Source: a virus. From it: a DNA stretch of 64,000 bases. Of this stretch, positions 36,347 through 46,781 are shown piece by piece. Where the stretch lies: positions 15,226-79,225 of the IMG/VR virus record IMGVR_UViG_3300042894_002769; one strand, given 5' to 3'. Made by a program: the position numbers and the translations under genes. How positions within the stretch are numbered: the stretch's first letter is position 1; each line of letters opens with the position of its first letter. The notes beneath the pieces were generated by a model. The model searched no databases. It was given only the letters and a program-made list of their open reading frames with translations, and was not told where the DNA came from.

Positions 36347-38668
36347 ATGAAAATTACACCTTCAAAACATCAATTAGCAATTTTTGACCATATTCAAAAT
36401 TCTAAAAACAATCTGCTGGTACAAGCCTGTGCCGGTAGTGGTAAGACGACTACTATTTTAGGTTGTCTTGAATTAATACCGCCATCAGAATCTGTTTTAT
36501 TATTGGCATTCAATAAATCTATTGTTGAAACATTAGTCAAACGCGCTCCGACAACAGCAGATATTAAGACGTTCAATTCTGTTGGCAATAGCCTTGTGAC
36601 TCGATATATGGGTAAAGTCACACTGACACCTAATAAGATTCGTGAAATCGTTTACAGCTATGGTCTTGAAAAAGAAACTGGCGAAGCCTTAATCAAAATT
36701 ATTGAGCTATGTAAGCGATTAAACATTGCTCTCGATGGTGGCTGTGCGACGCTTTTAACACCTGAGATAATGGAGTACATAATCTCACGATTCGGCATCC
36801 CTGTTCCTAAAACATTCAATCGTGAAAAGCTATTTAACCTAGTCAGCGACGGTCTATTGCGAAACATTTACATGGCTGTTGAAAACAAAATCATTGATTA
36901 CGATGACCAAGTGTTTTTGCCAATTTATCGTGGTTGGGAATCGGTGCGCTACGATTGGGTATTTGTTGATGAAGCTCAGGACATCTCGCCAATTAGAACA
37001 GCATTGCTAGAAAAGCATTTAAAGCATGATGCTCGTATGATTGCTGTTGGAGATAAGTGTCATCCAGTTGGAACAAAAGTAACCAGATATTCAAAAAATG
37101 GTGAGAGATATGAAACAAATATTGAAGACCTTGAAATAGGCGATATGGTTACGACATACCGTACTCATGATTGTGCATTTAGAAACCAAGGTAATGTGGT
37201 AAATGGTAAAACAATAAGACCGTTTGAAGGTGAGCTAGTAATTGTCACAACGATAAGCGGTGAGGAAAGTAGATATACGCCAAATCATATATGTTTAGCT
37301 AATTTTGAATCGCATCGAAATAAACATGCTGTGTATTTAATGCGAAAAGGTAATCAATATCGCATAGGTAAGTGTTCAATGTCATATCATAGGGCAAGTG
37401 GGTTATCTGCTAGAATGCGCTCAGAATCTGCTGAAGCTATCTGGCTTTTAGACTTATACGACACTGAGAATGAAGCATTTTTTTGGGAGCAAGCTATCTC
37501 AGGTAAATTCGGAATACCTCAACTAATGTTCGACTCTAACAAAATGAATCGTGAACACGCACATCGACTTTTAAGTAAAGCGTGGGAGTTTATAGGTGAT
37601 AATAGCGATAGAGCTAATGTCATACTTCGTTATTATAAACGTGACATAAATTACCCATTGTTTGATATTAAAAGCAAAGCGCAAATGACAATGAAGCGTC
37701 CAATTCTGGTAAGAGCTTGTAATTTGATAGATGGCACTAGAGTCCTCCCGTTTAAAAAAGATAGAACTTCAACTCATGTTAGAAAAATAGAATGGGAAGA
37801 AATTAAAATCAGTTATGCGGAATATCGAGGTGATGTTGTATCACTTGATGTATCGGGAAATAGTTTATATGTTGCCGACAATATTGTGACACATAATTGC
37901 CAAGCAATTTATGGCTTTACCGGCTCAACAGCGAGAGCTATGGACGAATTAAAGAGCAAATTTAACTGTGACCAGCTACCATTGTCAGTGAGTTATCGAT
38001 GCCCTGTAGCTGTTGTTGCAGAAGCTGCTAAACTCGTCCCAGTGATTGAGCATGCTGAAAATGCGGAAGAAGGTTCAGTAACCGATTTAACGCAAATCGA
38101 AGCTAAAATTAAAATTTCAACATTAAGTGAGTATGACATTATACTATGTCGGACTAACGCGCCATTATCAGCATTGGCATGGAAGTTAATTCAGGCAAGG
38201 ATACCTGTGAGTATTCTTGGTCGTGACATTGGTAAAAATTTAATGGTACTGATTGATTCATTTAGAACCAATGACATTATTGAAATGACAACCAAATTAA
38301 AAGCGTGGCTTAATTTGCAATTGGATAAATATGCTGATAATGAAATGATGCAAAGTAACGTGCTTGACCGATACCAAAGCATCATGTGTTTTGCCGAAGA
38401 TAGTCTTGATGTCCCATCAATGAAACGGACTATTGAAGAATTATTTTCTGATGATTTAAGTGATTCAAAATTGGTTTTATCGAGTATTCACAAGTCAAAA
38501 GGTATGGAATTTAACAATGTTGCAATTTTAAATCCTGAATTAATACCTATCAAATATGCCAAGCAGGATTGGCAATTGGAGCAAGAACGTAATTTAAAAT
38601 ATGTAGCGATTACACGAGCGATAAAATCACTGGTATATTTCAAAGATACGCAACTCACAAGTAATTAG
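36347..38668 (+). CDS. UvrD/Rep-family SF1 helicase containing an intein
   Basis: ACAGSGKTT, VDEAQD, VGD..QAIYGF (split), SYRCP, HKSKGMEF, YVAITRA. Confidence 0.92.
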   Translation: MKITPSKHQLAIFDHIQNSKNNLLVQACAGSGKTTTILGCLELIPPSESVLLLAFNKSIVETLVKRAPTTADIKTFNSVGNSLVTRYMGKVTLTPNKIREIVYSYGLEKETGEALIKIIELCKRLNIALDGGCATLLTPEIMEYIISRFGIPVPKTFNREKLFNLVSDGLLRNIYMAVENKIIDYDDQVFLPIYRGWESVRYDWVFVDEAQDISPIRTALLEKHLKHDARMIAVGDKCHPVGTKVTRYSKNGERYETNIEDLEIGDMVTTYRTHDCAFRNQGNVVNGKTIRPFEGELVIVTTISGEESRYTPNHICLANFESHRNKHAVYLMRKGNQYRIGKCSMSYHRASGLSARMRSESAEAIWLLDLYDTENEAFFWEQAISGKFGIPQLMFDSNKMNREHAHRLLSKAWEFIGDNSDRANVILRYYKRDINYPLFDIKSKAQMTMKRPILVRACNLIDGTRVLPFKKDRTSTHVRKIEWEEIKISYAEYRGDVVSLDVSGNSLYVADNIVTHNCQAIYGFTGSTARAMDELKSKFNCDQLPLSVSYRCPVAVVAEAAKLVPVIEHAENAEEGSVTDLTQIEAKIKISTLSEYDIILCRTNAPLSALAWKLIQARIPVSILGRDIGKNLMVLIDSFRTNDIIEMTTKLKAWLNLQLDKYADNEMMQSNVLDRYQSIMCFAEDSLDVPSMKRTIEELFSDDLSDSKLVLSSIHKSKGMEFNNVAILNPELIPIKYAKQDWQLEQERNLKYVAITRAIKSLVYFKDTQLTSN
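37058..37897 (+). mobile_element. 280-aa intein in helicase motif III
   Basis: Starts CHPVGTKV, block B YTPNH, ends YVADNIVTHN before Cys+1; removal restores VGDKCQAIYGF. Confidence 0.9.
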
Positions 38669-38676
38669 GAATCACT

Positions 38677-38937
38677 ATGGCAAGAACAATATTATCCTTC
38701 AGAGTAACTGGGGAAGAATACGCGCAATTAAAAGCATTAGGCGCAAGCACTCACATTCGAGCAAAGTTAAATGAATGGTCAAAAACTGAAGAACCGCCAG
38801 TTTTAAAACCAAGAGTAGGTGCTTTAATGGCAGTTATCAACTGCAAGGTCAACACCCGTGATTATGAGTTTTACCGTCAAAGTGCGAATAAGTACAACAT
38901 GACGATTTCAGAATTTGTTAAAGCAATAGTGCTTTAA
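38677..38937 (+). CDS. Tandem ribbon-helix-helix DNA-binding protein
   Basis: LSFRVTGEEY..L and INCKV...Y...A...MTISEFV repeats. Confidence 0.6.
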   Translation: MARTILSFRVTGEEYAQLKALGASTHIRAKLNEWSKTEEPPVLKPRVGALMAVINCKVNTRDYEFYRQSANKYNMTISEFVKAIVL

Positions 38938-38970
38938 AATTATATTAGGTTTACAAACGTGAATAAAATG

Positions 38971-38999
38971 TTGCATAAAAATTATCAAACTGTTAGTAT
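38971..38999 (+). promoter_or_regulatory. Sigma70 promoter of recombination operon
   Basis: TTGCAT-17nt-TAGTAT; shares TAGTATGACAC with the promoter at 36180. Confidence 0.55.
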
Positions 39000-39032
39000 G
39001 ACACTTTATTTACACCACACGAGGATTTACAA

Positions 39033-40025
39033 ATGGCTTTAAAAATTGTACCAGAAGATGCACCGATTGCAGGAATTCGCGCTGTTTTTTATGGCGGTGA
39101 AGGTATCGGTAAAACAACAACTGCATGTAGCGCACCAAGTCCACTTTTAGTTCGCATTGAAGATGGTGCGACATCGGTTGACAGAAAAAAAGTAATGATG
39201 ACTGAGATTCACCGTGAAGCAATCGACGTTATTGAAACGACCAAAGATTTAGTAAAATGCTACGATGCTGAGAAAAAACAGTTAATCGTAAATGGTCGTG
39301 TGATTAAAACGATTGTTTATGATTCGGTCACAGCATTAGAGCGTAAAGTCCATGCGGCTATTATTAAGACTGACCAATACTGGCAACCAAACAATCCAAA
39401 GAACGTCACAATGGAATCAGCTGGCAATGGTTACGCTAGTGCGTACCAAGTTGCTAATGAGTTTTTTGTTGATTTTCTTCAACGCTTAGAGTTTTTTAAG
39501 AATCGTGGCATTAACATAATTTTAATTGCTCACAGTTTAAATAGCATTGAACGCGATACAATTGCCGGTAGCGAGTATTCAATGACAAACTTAGCATTGC
39601 ATTCACCTAATAACGGTAAAGCCAACGGTAAGCGTGAAACAGTCCGTGAATGGGCAGATTTAATTGGTTATTTACACATGCCTATCACAGTAAGTAAATC
39701 AAAAGGCAATAAGATGGCTTTGGCATCCACTAGCGGGTCAGTAACGCATGCAATGGCGGTCAATAAGTCAACACGTTATGTTGCTAAAAATCGTTACCAC
39801 ATTGATGAAATTGATTTGATTGAAATCAAAAAGTCAGCTGGTTGGAATTGCTTGGCAAAAGTTATTTTGGATTGTGACGGTAAAGATTACACAAATCCTG
39901 ATTACCCAATGCCTGATGGTTTGATTACATCAACTGATGTTGAAAAAGAAATTAATACCGATGCGGCATTTGAAGAAAGCATTGAAACCACTGAAACCTA
40001 TGCTGAAGAAATTATTGAGGATTAA
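39033..40025 (+). CDS. Sak4-like (AAA_24) ssDNA annealing ATPase
   Basis: YG.EGIGKTT, EDG, DSVT.LE, LIAH, EWAD.IG, AKNR. Confidence 0.85.
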   Translation: MALKIVPEDAPIAGIRAVFYGGEGIGKTTTACSAPSPLLVRIEDGATSVDRKKVMMTEIHREAIDVIETTKDLVKCYDAEKKQLIVNGRVIKTIVYDSVTALERKVHAAIIKTDQYWQPNNPKNVTMESAGNGYASAYQVANEFFVDFLQRLEFFKNRGINIILIAHSLNSIERDTIAGSEYSMTNLALHSPNNGKANGKRETVREWADLIGYLHMPITVSKSKGNKMALASTSGSVTHAMAVNKSTRYVAKNRYHIDEIDLIEIKKSAGWNCLAKVILDCDGKDYTNPDYPMPDGLITSTDVEKEINTDAAFEESIETTETYAEEIIED

Positions 40026-40027
40026 TC

Positions 40028-40537
40028 ATGGCTGCGCTATACGAAATATCTAGTGAATATCGTGAAATGTTTGAGCATCTTAGCGATGCTTTGAGCAATG
40101 AAGAAATTGAAAATAAAGAACAATTGATTGCGGATACATTGATTGAGCTTGAAAACAAATTTGATGAAAAAGCATTAAACGTCGCAATGTATATTGCTGA
40201 ACTTGAAGCACAAGCTGATGCTGTAGCAAAGGTGGCAAAAGCGCAGGCAGAACGAGCCAAGAGCATTGCTAAAAAAGCAGATAGTTTGCGTTCATACTTA
40301 TTGGTGCAAATGCACAGTATGCACAAAGAGAAACTGCAAAACACACAAATTACTTTACAGGTTGCAAAAAACCCTGTTAAAGTAGAGATTCTCAACGATT
40401 CGGTGATTTCCGATGAATTTAAGAAGCGCGTTGTCGAAGTATCTATCGATAAAACAGCAATCAAAACAGCAATCAATGCTGGTAAAACTGTAGAAGGCGC
40501 AATACTTGTGTCAACTACTCGTTTAAACATTAAGTAA
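40028..40537 (+). CDS. Siphovirus Gp157-family protein
   Basis: LYEIS.EY...K..N.A..I..L...IDK.AIK.AI..G..VEGA.L. Confidence 0.85.
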   Translation: MAALYEISSEYREMFEHLSDALSNEEIENKEQLIADTLIELENKFDEKALNVAMYIAELEAQADAVAKVAKAQAERAKSIAKKADSLRSYLLVQMHSMHKEKLQNTQITLQVAKNPVKVEILNDSVISDEFKKRVVEVSIDKTAIKTAINAGKTVEGAILVSTTRLNIK

Positions 40538-40550
40538 ATTGGATTACAAC

Positions 40551-41096
40551 ATGAGTATTTTTGATAAGAGCAGAAACTGGGACGAAATCACAGAAGCTGG
40601 TGTGAGCAATCGTATCCGCAAAGGTTGGTTTAAAGTTATCATCACTGATGCAGAAGATAAAGACACCAAAGCTGGTGATAGCGTTCCTGAGTTCACTTTC
40701 AGAGTAGTTGACGGTGAAGACAAAGGTCGTGAAACACCACACAGATTTAACATTGAGAACAAAAATGAATTGACCGTGCGCATTGCTTTTGGTCAAATCA
40801 AAGCAATTATGAATTCTATCGGTATGCTTAAAGACGGTAAAATTATTGCTAACGGTTATGCTGATATTCTCAACAAGCAATTCTGGTTAAATGCCGATGT
40901 TAACAAAGAAGGCTTTATTGAACCAAAAGCATTTAAACCGCTTGACTTTAAACCACCGTATGAGGGTGCGCATCCAATGCAACCACCTCCACCTGCTGCT
41001 CGCAATAATGATGGTGCGCAAGGCGCTGCGCCTAGTTATGCAAATGCAGGAAAACCTACAAGTTACGCTGAAACTGACGATGACATTCCCTTTTAA
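40551..41096 (+). CDS. Single-stranded DNA-binding protein (DUF669-like)
   Basis: G.F.V.ITDAE.K.TK.G...F.VVDGE.KGR; acidic DDDIPF tail. Confidence 0.8.
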   Translation: MSIFDKSRNWDEITEAGVSNRIRKGWFKVIITDAEDKDTKAGDSVPEFTFRVVDGEDKGRETPHRFNIENKNELTVRIAFGQIKAIMNSIGMLKDGKIIANGYADILNKQFWLNADVNKEGFIEPKAFKPLDFKPPYEGAHPMQPPPPAARNNDGAQGAAPSYANAGKPTSYAETDDDIPF

Positions 41097-41107
41097 GGTA
41101 AATTATT

Positions 41108-41395
41108 ATGGCTAATGGAACAAAAGCTGAACTAGTGTCACTGGTTCACACAAAGTTAAAACAAAGTGGCGTTACATGCTACAAAAACCAAGTTGACGAC
41201 ATCATTGACGTTGTTTTGACCAGTATTCTTGAAACTGCTAAACAAAACGACAATGTGATTATCAGAAATTTTGGTACGTTTAAAGTGAAAACAAGACCTG
41301 AGCATTTTGGTTCAAATCCAAGAACTCAAGAACGTATCACAATTGCTGAGTCAAAAGTATTTACATTTAAAGCAAGTAAATCGCTAGAAGTGTAA
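41108..41395 (+). CDS. HU/IHF-family DNA-binding protein
   Basis: TKAELV...IRNFGTF.V..R...G.NPRT.E.I.I....FKASK.L. Confidence 0.9.
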   Translation: MANGTKAELVSLVHTKLKQSGVTCYKNQVDDIIDVVLTSILETAKQNDNVIIRNFGTFKVKTRPEHFGSNPRTQERITIAESKVFTFKASKSLEV

Positions 41396-41452
41396 TGTTT
41401 GAATTGACGGGTATCTAACCTGCCCGTCAATTTCACCAAATTGGAAAAATTT

Positions 41453-41668
41453 ATGAATTATCATAAAAGACAAAATGAAATTAGACGTAAAGCAGATTTT
41501 CAAGCAATGTGCGTTGTTGCCATAACTTTATTGCTAATGGTCGCATCGTGGTGTACTCACATTGGTGTAGCATTTGCCAATGAGCAATGGTTATTATTAA
41601 TCGCTGGTGCAATAGCGTTTCCAATCGGAATGGTTCACGGCATTGGCATTTGGTTTGGAATTTTTTAA
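41453..41668 (+). CDS. Small membrane protein
   Basis: W.THI...W.LLIAGAI.FPIG.VHG.GIWFG. Confidence 0.7.
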   Translation: MNYHKRQNEIRRKADFQAMCVVAITLLLMVASWCTHIGVAFANEQWLLLIAGAIAFPIGMVHGIGIWFGIF

Positions 41669-41821
41669 ATGAAAGTTGGCGATAAAGTTATTTTTTCAAA
41701 AGATGGTGTTCGACAAAAAGGTATTATTGTTGAAATTGTTGGCGAAACAGCAAAAATTGAACATTGGGTTGGGTGGGGAGTTTCATTTCGTAAATTGGAA
41801 TGGTTAAAACCTTGTGATTAA
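41669..41821 (+). CDS. 50-aa SH3/KOW-like protein
   Basis: Manual translation MKVGDKVIFSKDGVRQKGIIVEI... Confidence 0.55.
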   Translation: MKVGDKVIFSKDGVRQKGIIVEIVGETAKIEHWVGWGVSFRKLEWLKPCD

Positions 41822-41859
41822 GCACAATGCCGGTTTACCGGCATTTTTATGGTGGTTAC

Positions 41860-42075
41860 ATGAGCAACAAAACTTTAGATTATCATGGTATTGTAATATC
41901 TGATGTCGAATCAGTTAATTTGACATCAGACAGTATCACAATTGTGAAATACAATGGTGATACTAACAAATATGTAAATACAAATAAGCAAACAGTACAT
42001 TTACTTTCAGATTTATATTTCTCAGAACTTAGGTCAGCTCTAATCAATGATTGGTTTAGCAAGCTATGCGAATAG
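41860..42075 (+). CDS. Hypothetical protein
   Basis: Coupled to the nuclease gene; start MSNKT. Confidence 0.55.
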   Translation: MSNKTLDYHGIVISDVESVNLTSDSITIVKYNGDTNKYVNTNKQTVHLLSDLYFSELRSALINDWFSKLCE

Positions 42076-42956
42076 CCGATAAGACATTAAATGCTATCGA
42101 CAAAGTAACATTTGAAACACAAGGTGGTAAGTATCGGGAAGCACTTAGAAAATGGCTACCTCAAATGGAAGATGCTTACCGACCACAAGAAATGCTGCCA
42201 CGCGGTCACTTAGGTGCGTCTTTACTTGGCAGAGAATGTTCACGTCAATTATGGTATGGCTTTAGATGGGCGGTTTATCCAAAATTCCCAAGCCATGTGA
42301 TTAGATTATTCAATACAGGTCATTTATATGAAGCACGATTTTTAGCATTGCTCGAATCAATTGGTTGTACAGTAAAACAAAGTGACGAAAAAACAGGCAA
42401 GCAATTTCGCATAAATCATGGCGCATTTTTAGGTGGTAGCGGTGATGGCATTGCTCTTGGTGTACCTGATGTACCAGCTGGTAAATGGTGTTTACTTGAA
42501 TTCAAAACTCACAATGACGCATCGTTTACAAAATTGATTGAAAAAGGTGTGCGATACGCAAAGCCTGAGCATTATGTTCAAATGCAAATTTACATGCGAA
42601 AAATGAAGTTATCGCATGCGCTTTATATGGCAATGAATAAAAATGATGACAAGTTGCATGCTGAGATTATTTACTTAGACCAATACGCTGCTGATTTTTA
42701 TATCAACCGAGGTATGGATATTATTCATGAGAAAATACCAAAAAAGATTTCAAATAATCCCGATTGTTTTAATTGCGCTTATTGCACATTTCTTGATGTT
42801 TGTCACTATGGTACACCACCTGAAAAGAACTGTCGTACTTGCCGATACTCGCGCCCAAGCGAGGAAGTATCATCATGGGTATGTGAGTATTACCGCGCTA
42901 AGTTAAGTGTCGATAGGCAAATTAAGGCATGTGATAATTATATGCCCATAACGTAA
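42066..42956 (+). CDS. Cas4-like PD-(D/E)XK exonuclease
   Basis: HLGAS.LG.EC.R.LWY.FRW, G.GDG, LEFKT, QMQ.YM, C..C.F...C. Confidence 0.88.
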   Translation: MRIADKTLNAIDKVTFETQGGKYREALRKWLPQMEDAYRPQEMLPRGHLGASLLGRECSRQLWYGFRWAVYPKFPSHVIRLFNTGHLYEARFLALLESIGCTVKQSDEKTGKQFRINHGAFLGGSGDGIALGVPDVPAGKWCLLEFKTHNDASFTKLIEKGVRYAKPEHYVQMQIYMRKMKLSHALYMAMNKNDDKLHAEIIYLDQYAADFYINRGMDIIHEKIPKKISNNPDCFNCAYCTFLDVCHYGTPPEKNCRTCRYSRPSEEVSSWVCEYYRAKLSVDRQIKACDNYMPIT

Positions 42957-42965
42957 GGATTTAAA

Positions 42966-43820
42966 ATGCTAGATAAAAAATTAGTAGTGACTTTTTCAGG
43001 AGGTGAAACATCAGCAATGATGACATATCATCTTTTGAAAAAATATAAAACTATGGGATATTCTGAAATAGTTGTTATATTTGCAAATACAGGTCAAGAA
43101 AATGAAGAAACTTTAATTTTTGTTAATAATTGTCAAAAAATATTAAAATTTCCTGTAATTTGGTTGGAAGCCGATGTTGTGCATGAATTTAGAAAAGGAA
43201 CTAAGCACAAGATTGTGAATTTTGAAACTGCCAGTAGAAATGGCGAACCTTTTGAAGAAGTCTGTAAAAAGTACGCAATACCGTGTCATACATCAAGTCA
43301 TTGTACAAGAGAATTAAAATTACACCCAATAAAATCATATTTGCGAGAAATTGGATGGAAAAAAGGAATGTACGATACGGCTGTTGGGATACGATTAGAT
43401 GAAATGCACAGAGTATCCATAAAAGCTATGGATGAAGGAGCTATTTATCCATTAGTAGATTGGAAAGATACTAAGAATACTGTAAGAGCTTTTTGGGAAA
43501 AAATGCCATTTAGGTTGAATTTACATGAACATCAGGGAAATTGTAAATGGTGTTGGAAAAAATCAATGCGCAAATTACTTACTATTGCCACTGAAAACCC
43601 TGAGTATTTTGATTTTCCAAGAAAAATGGAACAAAATTATGCAAAACCCCATAAACAATTTTTTTTTAGAGGTTATAAAAGTTCAGATGACATTATTGAA
43701 TTATCAAAACAGCCTTTTGAAAAGTTTACAGACAATTACCGTGTAACAATTGCTAATTTTGACCCAATATTAGATGCCGCAGGTTCATGTAGTGAATCGT
43801 GTGATATTTATAGCCAATGA
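42966..43820 (+). CDS. PAPS-reductase-family protein
   Basis: FSGGETS PP-loop, FANTG.E.E.TL, CTRELK, GIR.DE, GNCKWCW. Confidence 0.85.
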   Translation: MLDKKLVVTFSGGETSAMMTYHLLKKYKTMGYSEIVVIFANTGQENEETLIFVNNCQKILKFPVIWLEADVVHEFRKGTKHKIVNFETASRNGEPFEEVCKKYAIPCHTSSHCTRELKLHPIKSYLREIGWKKGMYDTAVGIRLDEMHRVSIKAMDEGAIYPLVDWKDTKNTVRAFWEKMPFRLNLHEHQGNCKWCWKKSMRKLLTIATENPEYFDFPRKMEQNYAKPHKQFFFRGYKSSDDIIELSKQPFEKFTDNYRVTIANFDPILDAAGSCSESCDIYSQ

Positions 43821-43837
43821 TTAAAAAGGAACAGTAG

Positions 43838-44602
43838 ATGATACATGTAATTAGTTTTTCAGGCGGTATGGGTAGCTTTGCCGAAGCAAAGTCATGTGTT
43901 GATAAATTTGGTAAAGAGAATACAAAACTATTATTTGCTGACACGCTCATGGAAGACGAAGATTTATATCGATTTAAAGATGAATGTGTTGAGTTTTTAG
44001 GTTGTGAATTAATCACATTAGTGCAGGGCATGACACCATTTGAAATATTTAAAAAAGAAAAGTTTATGGGAAATAGTATGGTTGACCCGTGTTCAAAACT
44101 TTTAAAACGAATTCCATTAAATAATTGGTTTACTAAAAACTACCAAATAGATGAAGCACACATGCACTTGGGTATTGATTATTCGGAAAGCCATCGATTG
44201 GTAAAAGTAAAAGAAAGAATGTCGCCATATATATATCGGTCTACGTTAGTTGAAGATGGGCGAATTATTAACAAAGATTATAGCGAACAATTCGGTATCA
44301 AACGTCCAAGATTATATGATTGGAAACTAGGTCATAATAACTGCGGTGGGTTTTGTATTAAAGCAGGACTTGGACATTACAAAGCGCTTTATGAAGCTAA
44401 TCCTGAAAGATATAGAGAGTTTGAAAGTAAAGAACAAGAAGTCTACGACGTAATAGGCGCAACGTATCCGTTTTTAAAAAAGACGGAAAATAAAGTGCTT
44501 AGAAGATTAACGCTTAAACAGTATAGGGAAGAATTTTTAATGCAAGGTAAAGTAACAGCATTAGAAAGCCAAGAATATGGCGGATGCGGTTGCGCAATCT
44601 AA
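43838..44602 (+). CDS. Second PAPS-reductase-like protein
   Basis: FSGG.GS, FADTL.EDED.YRF, CS..LK, HNNCGGFC.KAG, GGCGC. Confidence 0.82.
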   Translation: MIHVISFSGGMGSFAEAKSCVDKFGKENTKLLFADTLMEDEDLYRFKDECVEFLGCELITLVQGMTPFEIFKKEKFMGNSMVDPCSKLLKRIPLNNWFTKNYQIDEAHMHLGIDYSESHRLVKVKERMSPYIYRSTLVEDGRIINKDYSEQFGIKRPRLYDWKLGHNNCGGFCIKAGLGHYKALYEANPERYREFESKEQEVYDVIGATYPFLKKTENKVLRRLTLKQYREEFLMQGKVTALESQEYGGCGCAI

Positions 44603-44629
44603 ATTTAAAATTTGTTTACGGGCAAACAA

Positions 44630-46318
44630 ATGAAAAAACAATTACGACCATATCAAAAAACTGCCAATAACAGTATTTTTGATTATTACAGACAAGGGCA
44701 AACTGGAAATCCATTGGTAGCATTACCAACTGGGACAGGCAAAGCCTTGTGTATTGCTGCGCTAATTTCAGCAATTTACAATAAGCGCAATACCATAAAA
44801 ATAATTATGGCGACACACAATAAAGAATTAGTGTTCCAAAATTGGGAGGAAACGGTCAGCTACGACGATTCTTTACCATTGGGCGTATATTGCGCAGGGC
44901 TCAATCGAAAAGAAGTGTCACAGATTACTTATGGTAGTATTCAGTCTATGTCATCAAAAGTATCATTATTTGGTCACATTGACTTGATAGTTATTGACGA
45001 AGCGCATCGCATTTCAAATAAAAAAGATACGGCTTATCAAAAATTTATTACGGCTTTACGCGAAGTAAATCCAAACCTTAGAGTTGTTGGCTACACTGCA
45101 ACGCCTTGGCGACTTGGTGAAGGCAAACTGACTGATGGTGATTTATTTTCTGACATCACATGTGATTTAACTGTTGGCGATGAGTTTCTATGGTTCATTG
45201 AAGAAGGCTATTTGGTAGACATCGTATCCAAAGCAACGCAAACAGTTCTCGATGTGAGCGACGTTCAGATACGAGGTGGTGAGTTTGTACCATCACAGTT
45301 ACAAAAAGCCGTAGACAAGCAAGAAATAACCTACAACGCACTATGTGAAGCACTGCCCTACATCAATGCTTTCAATAGTGTGATTATTTTTGCATCAGGT
45401 ATCGAACATTCCGACCATATTGCTGAAATGCTCAATTCTGAATTTGATATACCGGCAATAAGCGTTCATAGCAAAATTCACGAAACTTTACGCGACGATG
45501 CAATTGAAAAATATAAATCGGGTGACTACAAAGTCATTGTCAATAATAATATTTTGACAACTGGGTTCAATCATCCTGAACTTGATTTGATGATTGATTT
45601 ATCACCAACCGCATCTTCTGCGCTACATGTTCAGAAAAATGGCAGATTGACGCGACCATTTTATGCAAAAGAATTCGACCTAGACGAGAAAGAAAGTCGC
45701 CTAGCATCAATAAAGGCTAGCCAAAAGCCGTATGCAATGCTTCTTGATTATGCCGGAAATATCATGCGTAATGGTAAAATAAACGCACCGCGTATCCCAA
45801 GAAAAAAAGGAGATGGCGGAGGTGGTGAAGCGCCTGTTAAATCATGTCCCGCATGTTTGACTTTGCACCATACGTCACGAAGAATTTGTAACACTGAGAA
45901 TATTTTGACAGGTGTAATCTGTGAGCATGAATTTGAGTTTAAAACAAAACTCACAGTAGAAGCAGCAAATGAAAGTGTCATCAAACGAAATGTCGAGCCT
46001 GTCATGGACTGGTTTCATGTGACAAGCGTGAGCTATGCTCAAAAAGTATCTACAAAGGATAAGAAAACACCAATGCTGGTTGTGACATATCAGTGCGCAA
46101 TGAATCGTTTTTCAGAATATGTGTTACTTGAACACGAAGGATTTGCAAAATCAAATGCTAAAAAATGGTGGCGACAACGTCAAATTGATGGAGTACCACC
46201 GATACCAGAAACTGTCATTGAAGCATTAGAACATAGCAGTAAGTTACTAACGCCTAAAATGATTTACGTTGAAACAAATACGAAATACCCAAAGATAAAG
46301 GAGTTTGCTTTTGAATGA
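44630..46318 (+). CDS. SF2 DEAH helicase (RadD/YejH-like, C-terminal Zn finger)
   Basis: LRPYQ, PTGTGK, DEAH, TATP.R, LTTGF, Q..GR..R, K.CP.C. Confidence 0.9.
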   Translation: MKKQLRPYQKTANNSIFDYYRQGQTGNPLVALPTGTGKALCIAALISAIYNKRNTIKIIMATHNKELVFQNWEETVSYDDSLPLGVYCAGLNRKEVSQITYGSIQSMSSKVSLFGHIDLIVIDEAHRISNKKDTAYQKFITALREVNPNLRVVGYTATPWRLGEGKLTDGDLFSDITCDLTVGDEFLWFIEEGYLVDIVSKATQTVLDVSDVQIRGGEFVPSQLQKAVDKQEITYNALCEALPYINAFNSVIIFASGIEHSDHIAEMLNSEFDIPAISVHSKIHETLRDDAIEKYKSGDYKVIVNNNILTTGFNHPELDLMIDLSPTASSALHVQKNGRLTRPFYAKEFDLDEKESRLASIKASQKPYAMLLDYAGNIMRNGKINAPRIPRKKGDGGGGEAPVKSCPACLTLHHTSRRICNTENILTGVICEHEFEFKTKLTVEAANESVIKRNVEPVMDWFHVTSVSYAQKVSTKDKKTPMLVVTYQCAMNRFSEYVLLEHEGFAKSNAKKWWRQRQIDGVPPIPETVIEALEHSSKLLTPKMIYVETNTKYPKIKEFAFE

Positions 46319-46405
46319 AAAAATAGAAAAATTATTTTTAACCATAGTTGGCATTTTGCTAATCGCATTGGCATTTCAAATAATTTACATAGTGAGTGGT
46401 ATGGT

Positions 46406-46780
46406 ATGGATGGTTTAAAATACGATGATGGTAAAGCGCCTTTGCATTTGGTTGATATGGACGTATTGATTGATGTGGCAAATGTATTTGGCTATGGTGC
46501 TGAAAAATATGCCGAACATAATTGGCGCAAAGGTATGAAAATAACAAGGCTTTTAAATGCAGCAATGCGCCATATTGCCGAGTTACAAAAAGGCATCGAT
46601 ATTGACCCTGAAAGCAATCACTCACATGCTGCGCATACTATTGCCAATTTGGTTATGGTGTCAGCATTACTTCGTGATATGCCAGAATGTGATGACCGAT
46701 ACAAAAAAATAGTTAAAAAAGAACCTAAGTCAAAATCTGACTGCGACCCAACTTGGCAATTCGACAAAAAAGGTAATTAG
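46406..46780 (+). CDS. dATP/dGTP diphosphohydrolase (DUF5664)
   Basis: KYD.GK...V..V..YGA.KY..HNWRKG...AAMRH...D.ES...H.AH. Confidence 0.88.
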   Translation: MDGLKYDDGKAPLHLVDMDVLIDVANVFGYGAEKYAEHNWRKGMKITRLLNAAMRHIAELQKGIDIDPESNHSHAAHTIANLVMVSALLRDMPECDDRYKKIVKKEPKSKSDCDPTWQFDKKGN

Positions 46781-46781
46781 A

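Noticed and set aside
42066-42956. CRISPR-associated cas4
   Set aside because: Stand-alone Cas4-like exonuclease in a typical phage recombination module (Sak4, SSB, helicase)
42966-44602. Sulfate-assimilation cysH or complete Dnd system
   Set aside because: Phage-type family members with no other cys or dnd genes nearby
46406-46780. 2-aminoadenine (Z) or 7-deazaguanine genome system
   Set aside because: DUF5664 is present, but no PurZ, DatZ or Que/DpdA gene was recognised in the window
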